Of a stretch of DNA of 64,000 bases, positions 48,001 to 57,021 are shown one piece after another. Source of the stretch: Calditrichales bacterium (GTDB taxonomy: Bacteria > Calditrichota > Calditrichia > Calditrichales > J004); assembly GCA_965267575.1 (NCBI GenBank), contig OZ254086.1, forward strand, positions 704,001 through 768,000. Direction: 5' to 3'. The number at the start of each line of letters is the position of its first letter. The first letter of the stretch is position 1. The notes beneath the pieces were generated by a model that ran no database searches, was not told the DNA's origin, and saw only the letters and a program-made list of their open reading frames with translations. Made by a program: the position numbers and the translations under genes.

Positions 48001-49958
48001 CTCAACCCGGCCTGTTTCATCACAGGCGAAACGGCAAAGAAAGCACCCTGGAAAGCAATACCCTGCATGCGCAATTGCAAATCAGAATCGGTTGCTTCCT
48101 CACGGGCAATCTTAAAAGCATCCAGGTAATACATTTTGATCTCATTATCGATGATCATTTTCTGGTAGTGCAGCGGGATTCGAGCCCAGACTTTCTCCGG
48201 CGAATCCTGGTCGCTCTGGATAATAAATACACCGCCTTTTTTCAAGCCGGCCAAAGCGTTTGTATGCTTAAACACGTTGGGGTCCGGGGAAAGAACCACG
48301 TCCACGTAGTAGTATTCGCAGTTCACACGTATGGGCTCGGGAGCCGCAGCCAGGTAATAGGTAGTCGGCTGGCCTTTTTTCTCGGAGCCATACTTGGGAT
48401 TGGCTTTGATGTTGAAGTCCAAAAGCTCGAATAGCGTCATGGCCAGGTTTTTACCGGTGGTCATGGCGCCCCATCCACCAACAGAGTGGAAGCGTACGGT
48501 GATGGCGTCTTTAGGCATCAGGTTGGGATTTTCCGATCCGCGCAGAGCCAGCTCTTTTACGTGCGGGTATTTGTCAAGAATTTCCTGCTGGTAGATTTCC
48601 TGCTTGGGCGTCATCGGCGTCTCGCGGATAAAATCGATCGACAGGTAGAACAGTTTCTTATGCTTGCCGTCCGGCAGCATGTTTTCAACGGCAGCGATCA
48701 GGCCTTCCGGCTGCAAATCGCGTGATCCCATACCAAACGATCCGCTGTAAAGTGCCGGCGAATCACCATTCTTGTAGCTTTCCAGTGTCGGGTAAGGCTT
48801 CTCTTTTTTGGCAAGGCCGTTTTCCTGGCACTTGGCGATCGTTGCACGGACTTCGCGCATGATCGGCAGGTCTACCGCGAGCGGTTGATCCAGGCGTTCA
48901 AGAATGGCAACACCTTTTTTGCCCTTGATGATCTTACTGATCAGATCCGATGGGAACGGGCGGTACATGATCAGGTTAACAACGCCCACCTTAAGTTTGC
49001 GTGTTTCGCGCAGGTAATCGGCAACAACTTCCGCCGAAGGCACCATGCTGCCCTGACCAAAAATGAGATAATCGGCGTCTTCCACGCGGTAGGTTTCCAC
49101 ACGCGTATACGAACGTCCGGTCAACTTACTGAATTCAGTAAAAGCCTTGTCCGCCAGCTCCTGAACATGATCAAAAAAGAAAGGACGCTGCGCGGCAACG
49201 CTCTGCATATAGGAATCCTGGTTCTGCACAATACCGGCCATTACCGGATTGTCCACATCCCAAAGCTCGGGAATGCGGCGGCGCGTATCACCATAAATTA
49301 TGCGTTGTGCTTCAGTCGGAGTTTTGATGATGTCGTCGGGTTTGCCGAGGTACTCTTCAATCAGCGCGCGCTCCGGCACCTGCAGCGATTCGATCAGGTG
49401 CGTGGTCAGGAAGCCGTCCTGCGCAACAATGCCGGGCGTGAGAGCCAATTCGGCCACACGGTGGGCAATAATATTCAGGTCCGCCGCCTGTTGCGCGTTC
49501 TTGGCAAACAGCTGGAAAAAGCCGGTATCATCTACACAATGGTAGTCATCGTGTCCGGCGTGTACGTTCAGCGTTGCTTTGGTCATAGCCCGCGCGCCGA
49601 TGTTAAGGACATAGGTCAGGCGCTTACCGACCGCCGCGTAAAGCGATTCGTGCATGTAAGCAATACCCTGCCCCGACGAAAAGTTGGCGGCGCGTAAACC
49701 GGTCATGGAGAGCCCGGCCGTCACAGCGGCGGCCGCGTGCTCTCCCTCCGGCTCTATGAAAATCAGGGGGCGCCCTGAAACATTGATATGTCCCTTTGCG
49801 GTCTCTTCCGCCCAGTATTCGCCCATCTGGGTGGAAGGCGTAATCGGGTAAGCTCCGGCGGCATCCGTAGACTCACGTTCACACATAATAACGGCTGTAT
49901 TGCCGTCCATGGCCGCCCGCGTACCCGGGTATTTTGCTTTTTTCTCTTCTCGTGCCAT
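45024..49958 (-). CDS. Fused pyruvate:ferredoxin/flavodoxin oxidoreductase (NifJ/Por-type), enlarged, with extra C-terminal ferredoxin domain
   Basis: 'YPITPS', 'CTACGNCYTVCP', 'CKGCMECVAVC', 'GACLGC', 'ATGCTSVWG', TPP motif 'GGDGAMYDIG', 'YSNTGGQ', C-terminal 'CTSCDEC...AEKC'. Confidence 0.93.
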   Translation of the reverse strand: MAREEKKAKYPGTRAAMDGNTAVIMCERESTDAAGAYPITPSTQMGEYWAEETAKGHINVSGRPLIFIEPEGEHAAAAVTAGLSMTGLRAANFSSGQGIAYMHESLYAAVGKRLTYVLNIGARAMTKATLNVHAGHDDYHCVDDTGFFQLFAKNAQQAADLNIIAHRVAELALTPGIVAQDGFLTTHLIESLQVPERALIEEYLGKPDDIIKTPTEAQRIIYGDTRRRIPELWDVDNPVMAGIVQNQDSYMQSVAAQRPFFFDHVQELADKAFTEFSKLTGRSYTRVETYRVEDADYLIFGQGSMVPSAEVVADYLRETRKLKVGVVNLIMYRPFPSDLISKIIKGKKGVAILERLDQPLAVDLPIMREVRATIAKCQENGLAKKEKPYPTLESYKNGDSPALYSGSFGMGSRDLQPEGLIAAVENMLPDGKHKKLFYLSIDFIRETPMTPKQEIYQQEILDKYPHVKELALRGSENPNLMPKDAITVRFHSVGGWGAMTTGKNLAMTLFELLDFNIKANPKYGSEKKGQPTTYYLAAAPEPIRVNCEYYYVDVVLSPDPNVFKHTNALAGLKKGGVFIIQSDQDSPEKVWARIPLHYQKMIIDNEIKMYYLDAFKIAREEATDSDLQLRMQGIAFQGAFFAVSPVMKQAGLSEEALIAAIRDQLQKKFGHKGARVVEDNMRVVKRGFDEIKEIKEKTLTTAENGNGKAALKEPPLPMMVKNMPQSQAKATDIHRFWEQTGNFYARGLGNDVITDPFIGLSVMPAVTSLFRDMTGIRFEHPQWIAENCTACGNCYTVCPDTAIPGLVNDVSEVMETVVKRVKKAGYKVEHLPKAVRQMESILRNSFAEAAETDNVRGMMDEAIELTIKQSGLEGDGRKQLQKEFDLFQQELGDFRFALSRPYYTNMEKQEKNSGGLLSITVNPYTCKGCMECVAVCDDDALRPIPQTEESVQRLRDEWDLWMDLPTTPQKFIRVDNLEERIGALETILLDKQNYLSFASGDGACLGCSEKTVVHLFIATIEALMQPRIKKHVEKVEELIVKLEKHIQMKLVQNMDVGDTDALNRVLTDMQSGDMTLAAIAEKMEKSQGTQPIDQEWLRRVTQLIAKLKNLKWKYTEGTTGKGRAKMGMLNATGCTSVWGSTYPFNPYPFPWANHLFQDSPSMAMGVFEGHMAKMAEGFKAIRMAEMELEGKYNPALHNESFTYFNWHQFTDEEWLLCPPVVAVGGDGAMYDIGFQNLSRLMASGKPVKVIVVDTQVYSNTGGQACTSGFMGQISDMAQYGKAIKGKEESRKEIGLIAMAHRTTYVMQSAISNPNHMIEGFIEGLMARRPALFNLYTSCQPEHGIGDDMGAEQAKLAVESRAYPLFRYNPENGKTPQECFDLEGNPQMDKDWPTYELKYKDGGRERKLDVAMTFADFAVTEARFRKHFRKAPADTWNENMVPLAEFLEMDADEREGKFPYIWTMDKKQHLSRLLVAEPIVQSCEERRDFWIMLKAIAGVEKEEISVGDIENKVRSEVVSKIASGLMQLAGGNGQGLTSLVEAPAAQAAEPSAAAPAEQGDNGYMAPWLDTEECTSCDECININSAIFAYNDKKKAFIKNPNAGPYKDIVKAAEKCTAQVIHPGLPKDRSEKDIDKWIKRAEKYNK

Positions 49959-50023
49959 AATAAAACCCTTTTTATATTATATAGATTGTTTCATTTCTTA
50001 ATTTGTTAACTTTTCTTCCCTGG

Positions 50024-50890
50024 CTATGTTGGTAAATCCGGCAAACTCGCTTTCCTGATAACTTTTTTAGAATAAGCACCATATTCAACGGTACTGTCCT
50101 CATTAATCCAGACAATAGCGCCGGTGGGGCAACGTTGTATAGGTACTTTCGTATTGTGGTTTTGGGAGTAATTTACAACCGGCAGGTTGTTTTTCATTTC
50201 AATGAGGCCATCGGGGGCATCCATGGCGCAACGCGCGCAGGCCGTACAGGCCACTTCACATTCGCTAAGGATCTCGTCACCTGCTTCGAGGTTTTTGCAG
50301 GCAACCCATAAACGATGGCTGACAGGATGTAATTCGAATAATCCTTTCGGGCAGGCATCCACACAATCACCGCAGGCAGTGCATTTGTCTTCATCCACCA
50401 CCGGCAGCGAAAACGGGTTCATATGGATAGCATCAAAGTCGCAGGCTACTTCACAATCGGCCAGGCCGAGGCATCCCCAGAAGCATCCTTTGCCGCCCCC
50501 GGCCACTTGCGAAGCGGCACGGCAGGTTTGAAGACCGACATAATGAGCTTTATTACGGGCAACGTTTATACCGCCCTGGCAGGCCAGTCGGGCAACAATC
50601 TTTTCCTGACTGCCAACATCGACACCCAGAAAACGGGCGATATCGACGCGGCCTTGTTCCGAACTGACCGTACATTTCCCGGGAAGCGTTTCGCCTTTTA
50701 CCAAAGCTTCGGCAAAGGGGCGGCAGCCCGGGTATCCACATGCGCCGCAATTCGCGTGCGGCAACATTTCCTCTACAACGTCGATGCGGGGATCTTCAGC
50801 TACAAAGAGTTTTTTGTTCGCAAAGACCAGCAAAAGTGCAAGGACGATTGTGAGCCCACCGAGAATTGAAACGGCTGTGACTACAATCAT
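50024..50890 (-). CDS. rnfB: Rnf complex subunit B
   Basis: N-terminal TM; 'LP.ANCGACGYPGC', 'CFWGCLGLADCEVAC', 'CTACGDCVDACP', 'CTACARC'. Confidence 0.95.
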   Translation of the reverse strand: MIVVTAVSILGGLTIVLALLLVFANKKLFVAEDPRIDVVEEMLPHANCGACGYPGCRPFAEALVKGETLPGKCTVSSEQGRVDIARFLGVDVGSQEKIVARLACQGGINVARNKAHYVGLQTCRAASQVAGGGKGCFWGCLGLADCEVACDFDAIHMNPFSLPVVDEDKCTACGDCVDACPKGLFELHPVSHRLWVACKNLEAGDEILSECEVACTACARCAMDAPDGLIEMKNNLPVVNYSQNHNTKVPIQRCPTGAIVWINEDSTVEYGAYSKKVIRKASLPDLPT

Positions 50891-51025
50891 ATTATTCTCC
50901 GATTTATGACGTTAAATCGGAGGACTATTTATAGAATCGCTTTTCAACGATCCTGAATGACGCGGGTATTACAGTATTAAATATCAATATCTATAATCGT
51001 ATATGCAAACGTTTTTTTTACTATT

Positions 51026-51043
51026 TTGATAAAATATTCACAA
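51026..51043. promoter_or_regulatory. Rex-like operator (minus strand TTGTGAATATTTTATCAA)
   Basis: 12 of 14 positions match TTGTGAA-N4-TTCACAA; lies in the divergent rnfB/asnB intergenic region. Confidence 0.55.
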
Positions 51044-51137
51044 CAACAAATGCACAAACATCTGATCGAAAGAAATTTATGTTTAAATTCAGGAGACTTG
51101 AGGCCGAAAAACCTCAAATGTATAAAAGGACTCTAAT

Positions 51138-53129
51138 ATGTGTGGAATCGCCGGCTGTTTTAACCTTACAACACAAATAACTCCCCGGCAAGCTGCGATG
51201 AAAGCCATGATCTCGGCGATGTATCATCGGGGGCCGGACGAATACGGTCTTTTTTTTGATGGCCCCTTTGCGATGGGCATGTCCCGCCTGAGCATTATTG
51301 ATCTTTCCGGTGGCAGCCAACCCATCTCTAACGAAGATGAGACGTTATGGATTACGTTTAACGGCGAAATTTTTAATTACGTTGAATTGCAGGAGCAGCT
51401 GCGCGCAGCAGGCCATCACTTTAAAACCGGTTCCGATACGGAATGTATAATTCACTTGTATGAAGAGTTTGGAGAGGACTTTGTCCAACACTTAAACGGC
51501 CAGTTTGCGATTGCCATTTGGGATACACAAAAGCAGGAACTGCTGCTGGCGCGCGATCGTGTAGGTATCCGTCCGCTATATTACGGCTTTACCGATGGTG
51601 TCTTTCTTTTTGCCTCGGAAGCAAAAGCCCTGTTCGCTTCAGACGCTATTTCAGCCGCTTTTGACACGGAAGGTTTGAGACACATTTTCAGCTATTGGGT
51701 TAACCTGCCCGGCACAACCTGCTACAAAAACATTAAAGAGGTACAACCCGGTCACCTTTTGAAAGTATCGCCCGCCGGTATCAATGAACGGTCATACTGG
51801 TCGTTGCCCTTCCCCGAAGACAAACATTTTCACAACGTCAGTACATCAGAGTTAAAGCAACAATTAAATGATCTTTTGATCGACGCAACGCGTCTGCGTC
51901 TGCGCGCCGATGTACCCGTGGCTGCCTATCTCAGCGGCGGACTGGACTCGTCGATCATCTGTGCCCTGGTCAAAAAATACCACGTCAATGATCTGCTTAC
52001 TTTTTCCGTGGCGTTTAAAGATGCCGGTTATGATGAGCGTTCCTATCAAAAAATGATGGCCGATCATCTGGGCACACACCACACCATGATTGAAGTAGAC
52101 AACAACGATATTGCCGAGGCTTTTATAAAAGCGGTTTGGTTTTCCGAAAAGCCGATGATCCGCACGGCGCCTGCCCCGTTGCTGGCGCTTTCCGGCCTTG
52201 TGCGCCAAAACAATATCAAAGTGGTTCTTACAGGTGAAGGCGCCGACGAGATGTTTGGCGGATATAACATTTTCAAGGAGGACAAAATCCGCCGCTTCTG
52301 GGCACGGCATCCGGAATCGCAATGGCGACCGCTTTTGCTGGCCCGGCTCTATCCCTACGTTTTGGGCGACAACAGCCGCTTGAACGGATTCTGGCAGGCG
52401 TTTTTTAAGAAGAATCTTGAAGAGACAGATTTGCCGTGGTATTCGCACAGTCTGCGCTGGACCAACATGCAGCAAATGCGGCTTTTTATAAGCGATGGCC
52501 TTAAAGAGCAGTTCAATGAAAAAACGGCTGAGGACCTCGCCCCGTTTCTGCCCAAAAATTTCAAAAACTGGCACCCCCTGAACAAAGCCCAATTTCTGGA
52601 GATAACTCTCTTTATGAGCGGCTACCTGCTTTCATCCCAGGGAGACCGGATGATGATGGGCAATTCCGTGGAAGGACGCTTTCCCTTCCTGGACTACCGG
52701 GTTATGGAATGGGCGGCCAAGCTGCCACCGCAACTTAAAATCAACGGGCTGGATGAAAAGCACCTGCTGAAAAAAACATTCGCGGACATAATTCCCGAAG
52801 CTATTGCGAAACGCCCCAAACAACCTTACCGCGCACCGATCCGTGATGTATTTCTTACACCCGGTACGCCTGAACAGATTTGTTATGTTTTGGATGAACA
52901 GCGCTTGCGTTCTTACGGCTATTTTAACCCGTCTGCGGTTAAGCGCCTTGTGCAAAAACTTAAGAAGCCGGGAGTCCCTGCGGCCGCCCGCGATGAAATG
53001 GCGCTTACGGCAATAGTTTCCCAGCAGCTTCTGCATTACCAGATGATAGAAAACAGGCAAATGCATCACTTTCGTTTGCCGGAAAAATGTAAATTAATTG
53101 ATCTGAACAAAAAGAAGATTCCATCTTAA
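51138..53129 (+). CDS. asnB: Asparagine synthetase B-like glutamine amidotransferase
   Basis: Ntn 'MCGIAG', 'HRGPD', 'FNGEIFN', 'SGGLDSS', 'LTGEGADE', 'RFPFLD'. Confidence 0.93.
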   Translation: MCGIAGCFNLTTQITPRQAAMKAMISAMYHRGPDEYGLFFDGPFAMGMSRLSIIDLSGGSQPISNEDETLWITFNGEIFNYVELQEQLRAAGHHFKTGSDTECIIHLYEEFGEDFVQHLNGQFAIAIWDTQKQELLLARDRVGIRPLYYGFTDGVFLFASEAKALFASDAISAAFDTEGLRHIFSYWVNLPGTTCYKNIKEVQPGHLLKVSPAGINERSYWSLPFPEDKHFHNVSTSELKQQLNDLLIDATRLRLRADVPVAAYLSGGLDSSIICALVKKYHVNDLLTFSVAFKDAGYDERSYQKMMADHLGTHHTMIEVDNNDIAEAFIKAVWFSEKPMIRTAPAPLLALSGLVRQNNIKVVLTGEGADEMFGGYNIFKEDKIRRFWARHPESQWRPLLLARLYPYVLGDNSRLNGFWQAFFKKNLEETDLPWYSHSLRWTNMQQMRLFISDGLKEQFNEKTAEDLAPFLPKNFKNWHPLNKAQFLEITLFMSGYLLSSQGDRMMMGNSVEGRFPFLDYRVMEWAAKLPPQLKINGLDEKHLLKKTFADIIPEAIAKRPKQPYRAPIRDVFLTPGTPEQICYVLDEQRLRSYGYFNPSAVKRLVQKLKKPGVPAAARDEMALTAIVSQQLLHYQMIENRQMHHFRLPEKCKLIDLNKKKIPS

Positions 53130-53142
53130 CGAGGATAACACT

Positions 53143-54114
53143 ATGGCTGACTTACGTGAAATGATGCGCATTGACGCCGCAAAGGAAACGGAAAATATAT
53201 GCCGGCAGATGCGTGAAATTACAGCAAAGGAGATGCATAAAAGAGGAGCGGTTGTTGGTATCAGCGGTGGTATTGATTCCAGCGTTTGCCTGGCACTGGC
53301 CGCCAAGGCATTCGGCCCCAAAAAGGTTTTGGGCATTGCCATGCCGGAAGCAGACTCCAATCCGGACAGCGCTGTTCTGGCACGACAACTGGCACACACC
53401 TATGGCGTCGATTATATCGTTGAAAACATCACACCGGCTTTGGCTGGATTTGGCACCTACCAAAGACGCGATGAAGCCATAAAACGCGTATTCCCGGAAT
53501 TTGATGAAACCTATAAAGCAAAGATCGTGCTGCCCACCAACGTGCTGGAAAAGGATACGCTGAATGTATTTTACCTGACGATCATTTCGCCGGAAGGAGA
53601 TGAAAAGACCGAACGTATTCCGCTGAAAGAGTATTTGCAGATTGTGGCCGCTTCCAACTTCAAACAGCGCAGCCGCATGTCCATGCTCTACTACCACGCC
53701 GACCGGCTGAACTATATCGTTGTGGGAACAGGCAACAAAAACGAGCACGATCAGGGATTTTTTGTTAAATATGGCGATGGTGGCGCTGACATCAAGGCGA
53801 TCGCCCACCTTTATAAAACGCAGGTGTACCAGCTGGCCGAATACCTCGGCGTACCAAAGGAAATCCGCGAGCGCACGCCAACCACCGATACCTACAGCGC
53901 CGAATGTACGCAGGAAGAATTCTTTTTCCGCGTCTCCTTTGAGGTTGGCGACCTGGTTACGCTGGCAATGGAAAAAGGAATCTCCAATGAAGAAACGGCG
54001 CGCCAGCTTGAGTTGAGCGTTGAGCAGGTTGAAAACATTCAAAACGATGTAAAAAGAAAAATGAAAACAGCGGAATACCTGAAAGCCGCGCCCGTACATT
54101 TAGATCTCGCATAA
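53143..54114 (+). CDS. nadE: NH3-dependent NAD+ synthetase-like protein (divergent subfamily)
   Basis: PP-loop 'GISGGIDSS', 'ASNFKQRSRM', 'GTGNKNE', 'GFFVKYGDGG', 'PTTDTYS'. No glutaminase domain. Confidence 0.8.
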   Translation: MADLREMMRIDAAKETENICRQMREITAKEMHKRGAVVGISGGIDSSVCLALAAKAFGPKKVLGIAMPEADSNPDSAVLARQLAHTYGVDYIVENITPALAGFGTYQRRDEAIKRVFPEFDETYKAKIVLPTNVLEKDTLNVFYLTIISPEGDEKTERIPLKEYLQIVAASNFKQRSRMSMLYYHADRLNYIVVGTGNKNEHDQGFFVKYGDGGADIKAIAHLYKTQVYQLAEYLGVPKEIRERTPTTDTYSAECTQEEFFFRVSFEVGDLVTLAMEKGISNEETARQLELSVEQVENIQNDVKRKMKTAEYLKAAPVHLDLA

Positions 54115-54127
54115 GGAGGAAAAAAAC

Positions 54128-54388
54128 ATGGAAGATATTAAACAAGTCGTACGTGAATTCATTGTTGAAAATTTTTTGTTCGGCGATGACAGTGTTAATT
54201 TTTCAGAAGAGGAATCGCTGATGGATCGCGGATTGATTGATTCAACCGGCATTCTGGAATTGATCACCTTTCTGGAAGAAAAATACAATATTAAGGTCGA
54301 TAATGACGAGATCTATCCGGAAAACCTCGATTCCCTGAACAATATTGAACATTTCATGAAGGACAAAATCAAAGCGGTTACGGCCTGA
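54128..54388 (+). CDS. Acyl/aminoacyl carrier protein (DltC-like)
   Basis: Acidic, 86 aa; phosphopantetheine motif 'GLIDSTGILELI'; 'PENLDS'. Confidence 0.92.
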   Translation: MEDIKQVVREFIVENFLFGDDSVNFSEEESLMDRGLIDSTGILELITFLEEKYNIKVDNDEIYPENLDSLNNIEHFMKDKIKAVTA

Positions 54389-54392
54389 AATT

Positions 54393-55691
54393 ATGTTTAA
54401 GAGGCGCGATTTTTTAAAAGCCATGGGTATTCTGGGGGGTACCGTTTTTCTTAAAAAAGCTGAAGCTTTCAGTGATACGATCAAAACGGGACAGCAGCGG
54501 CCGTTTCCGCCACAAAACGAAACGGACCTTTATCACGTTCATGGCACCTCCCCGGAAAAGCTTACCGCGGCGCTGCTTGAAATGCAGGGTGGGCTGGATC
54601 GTCTTATTGATAAAAACGATATCGTTGTTCTTAAGGTGAACAGCCAGTGGTGGTACCAGGGCATGACCAACACCGATGTGCTGGCTGCTTTTATTCAACA
54701 GGTACTGGATATGCCGGGCTTTGACGGCGAGATCATCATCGCCGATAACCACCAGGCCGGTACGCCGGATGCCCGTGCCTGGACCACCGATAAACGCAAC
54801 GGCCGTTTTAATTACAACGAGTTGATAGAATACTTCCAGCAAAAGGGCCATAAAAACGTCACCAAATATCACTGGCACCCGGCCGGGCCAAATCCTTCGC
54901 CCCTGCAATTTGACGGCAGCGGTAACGCCATCCGCCGCGACGTGTCCGAAGGTGACGGTTATATCTGGGACGAGTCTTTGTTTTACGAATGTCCCCACGG
55001 CAACCGCACTGTTCTGGCCTGGCCCGTGTTTACATCGGCTTATAGCGGCACACGCGTGGACCTTAAAAACGGCGCCTGGAAAGAGGGTGAATTCACAGGA
55101 CAACCTGTCAAACTGATAAATTTTTCGGCTATTAATCATCACAGCGGTTATGCGGGCATAACCGCATCAATAAAGAACTTTATGGGCGTGGTGGACATGA
55201 GCTGCGGCTACCCCGGCCCCACTCCGGCGGGCACATTCAACACACACCATGTGGGGGCCTCCTGGCTTTTCCGTCAGCTGGCGCCTTACAAGGACGTGCT
55301 GAAAAAGATACCCGGATTCTACGCCGTTTATCTGCATCCGGATGTGTTCCGTTTCCGCTATACCGGCGGCGTTTTGGGCCGCTACATGCGCGAGGTACGC
55401 CGGGCGGACCTCAACATCATCACGGCGATACGCATTGGCTGGGGCGCGCGGATTGAAACTGACAAAGCGTCGGAAACCAACGCGCTCATCGCATCGACAG
55501 ACCCTGTTGCCCTGGATTATTGGGGCGCCAAACACTTGCTGTTGAAGGCAACCGTGGAAGCCGGCGCCGGAGAGCAGCTTAGGCAACTGAACGATCCGGA
55601 CAATGCGGACGGCCCGTTCCACAGTTTTCTGCAGGAATGTCGCCGCGAACTGGGCGGAACAATCGACGAGAGATTAATAAAGGTTCAATAG
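54393..55691 (+). CDS. DUF362-domain protein with twin-arginine signal
   Basis: 'KRRDFLK' Tat motif; 'DIVVLKVN', 'TNTDVL', 'GITASIKNFMG', 'ASTDPVALD'. Confidence 0.8.
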   Translation: MFKRRDFLKAMGILGGTVFLKKAEAFSDTIKTGQQRPFPPQNETDLYHVHGTSPEKLTAALLEMQGGLDRLIDKNDIVVLKVNSQWWYQGMTNTDVLAAFIQQVLDMPGFDGEIIIADNHQAGTPDARAWTTDKRNGRFNYNELIEYFQQKGHKNVTKYHWHPAGPNPSPLQFDGSGNAIRRDVSEGDGYIWDESLFYECPHGNRTVLAWPVFTSAYSGTRVDLKNGAWKEGEFTGQPVKLINFSAINHHSGYAGITASIKNFMGVVDMSCGYPGPTPAGTFNTHHVGASWLFRQLAPYKDVLKKIPGFYAVYLHPDVFRFRYTGGVLGRYMREVRRADLNIITAIRIGWGARIETDKASETNALIASTDPVALDYWGAKHLLLKATVEAGAGEQLRQLNDPDNADGPFHSFLQECRRELGGTIDERLIKVQ

Positions 55692-55720
55692 AAACGGGTT
55701 TCTTAAATGATGGAGGGATC

Positions 55721-56374
55721 ATGGTGCAAAAGATAAGGAAGTTTTTTGCCATGCCCTGGCCGGCAATGCTCAAACAGATTTTTGGCTTCCTGCCGCTGAG
55801 CTGCCTGGCCTGGCTTTATATTGTGGAAATTGACGATCCGGGCAAGAAGAAACTGCGTTCCCGTTTTGACGGGCAGCTTAGCTGGGCCACGCCGGCGGAA
55901 CTGCCCATTTTGGATAAGATCCAGGATAAGCACAGGATTTTTGAAGAGCGCTTCCGCCATGGCGACCTGTGCCTGCTTGTGCGCGACAAAGAGGGAAACC
56001 CCCTGGCTTATGAATGGTTCTGTGACGGGCGCCGTTACCACGAATCAAAATATGACTTTGACATTGATATCCCGCAGGATGCGCTGTACGCCTATGATGC
56101 GTTTGTTAAACCGGAAGCGCGGATGATGGGCATTTGGTATGAAATCCGTCATTATATGGGCGACTGGATGAAGGAACACGAGAAAAAGCGCCTGATCAGT
56201 TTTGTGGAATTTGGCAACTGGAACAGCCTGAACGTCCATCTGCGTTATGGATTTACACTGAAAGAGCGTATGCGAATCTTTAAGCTTCTGGGAATGAAAA
56301 AAATAACCCACGAACAAATAAAGCATTCACCGGAGATTGTGCGCGCCCTGCTTAACGAACATAAGCTGGTCTAA
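55721..56374 (+). CDS. GNAT-fold protein
   Basis: 'ERFRHGDLC', 'YAYDAFVKPEARMMGI', 'N.NSL.VH.RYGF'; GGAGG RBS before ATG 55721. Confidence 0.72.
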   Translation: MVQKIRKFFAMPWPAMLKQIFGFLPLSCLAWLYIVEIDDPGKKKLRSRFDGQLSWATPAELPILDKIQDKHRIFEERFRHGDLCLLVRDKEGNPLAYEWFCDGRRYHESKYDFDIDIPQDALYAYDAFVKPEARMMGIWYEIRHYMGDWMKEHEKKRLISFVEFGNWNSLNVHLRYGFTLKERMRIFKLLGMKKITHEQIKHSPEIVRALLNEHKLV

Positions 56375-57021
56375 AGAAGCAAGTGCTCCAGCTCGCGGCT
56401 GTCTTTTACAATGACCGCGGCACCGGCTTTTTCCAGTTCTTTACGACTTCGAAATCCCCATAAAACACCAATGGGATGCATACCGGCATTAACGGCCGTT
56501 TGCATGTCAACGGAAGTATCTCCGACAAAAGCAATTTCTTCAGGCTTCAGGCCCCATTCGCCGGCCATCTCCAAGGCAGCAGACGGATCGGGCTTTGCCG
56601 GCCGGCCCTCAATCAAACCATGCACCCGCGAAAAGCGCGCGGGGAAATAATGCTCCACGCAATGCTGCGAAAAGTCGTGCGGCTTGTTGGACAGAATGGC
56701 CAGGGGCAGGCCGTGGTTTTTTAATTTATCCAACAGCGCCGGTATGCCATCGTAGGGCTGCGTGCGGTTATTCCAGTTTTTGTTGTAATGCTCGCGGAAA
56801 TCTTCCACCAGCGCGTCCACCTGTGGATCGGAATCATCAAGACCGGAGCAGCGCTGCATTAAAACTCTTACACCGTTGCCTACAAAGTTCTTGTAGAATT
56901 TTTCCGAATAATCATCAAAGCCGTGGTCGCGCAGAACGGCGTTGGCCGAACCGGCGATATCCGTCAATGTATTCAGAAGCGTTCCGTCCAGATCGAATAT
57001 TACCGCTTTTGGCTTGTTCAT
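56371..57021 (-). CDS. HAD-family phosphatase (phosphoglycolate phosphatase-like)
   Basis: 'FDLDGTL', 'LSNK', 'KPDP', 'VGDTSVD'. Confidence 0.92.
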   Translation of the reverse strand: MNKPKAVIFDLDGTLLNTLTDIAGSANAVLRDHGFDDYSEKFYKNFVGNGVRVLMQRCSGLDDSDPQVDALVEDFREHYNKNWNNRTQPYDGIPALLDKLKNHGLPLAILSNKPHDFSQHCVEHYFPARFSRVHGLIEGRPAKPDPSAALEMAGEWGLKPEEIAFVGDTSVDMQTAVNAGMHPIGVLWGFRSRKELEKAGAAVIVKDSRELEHLLL

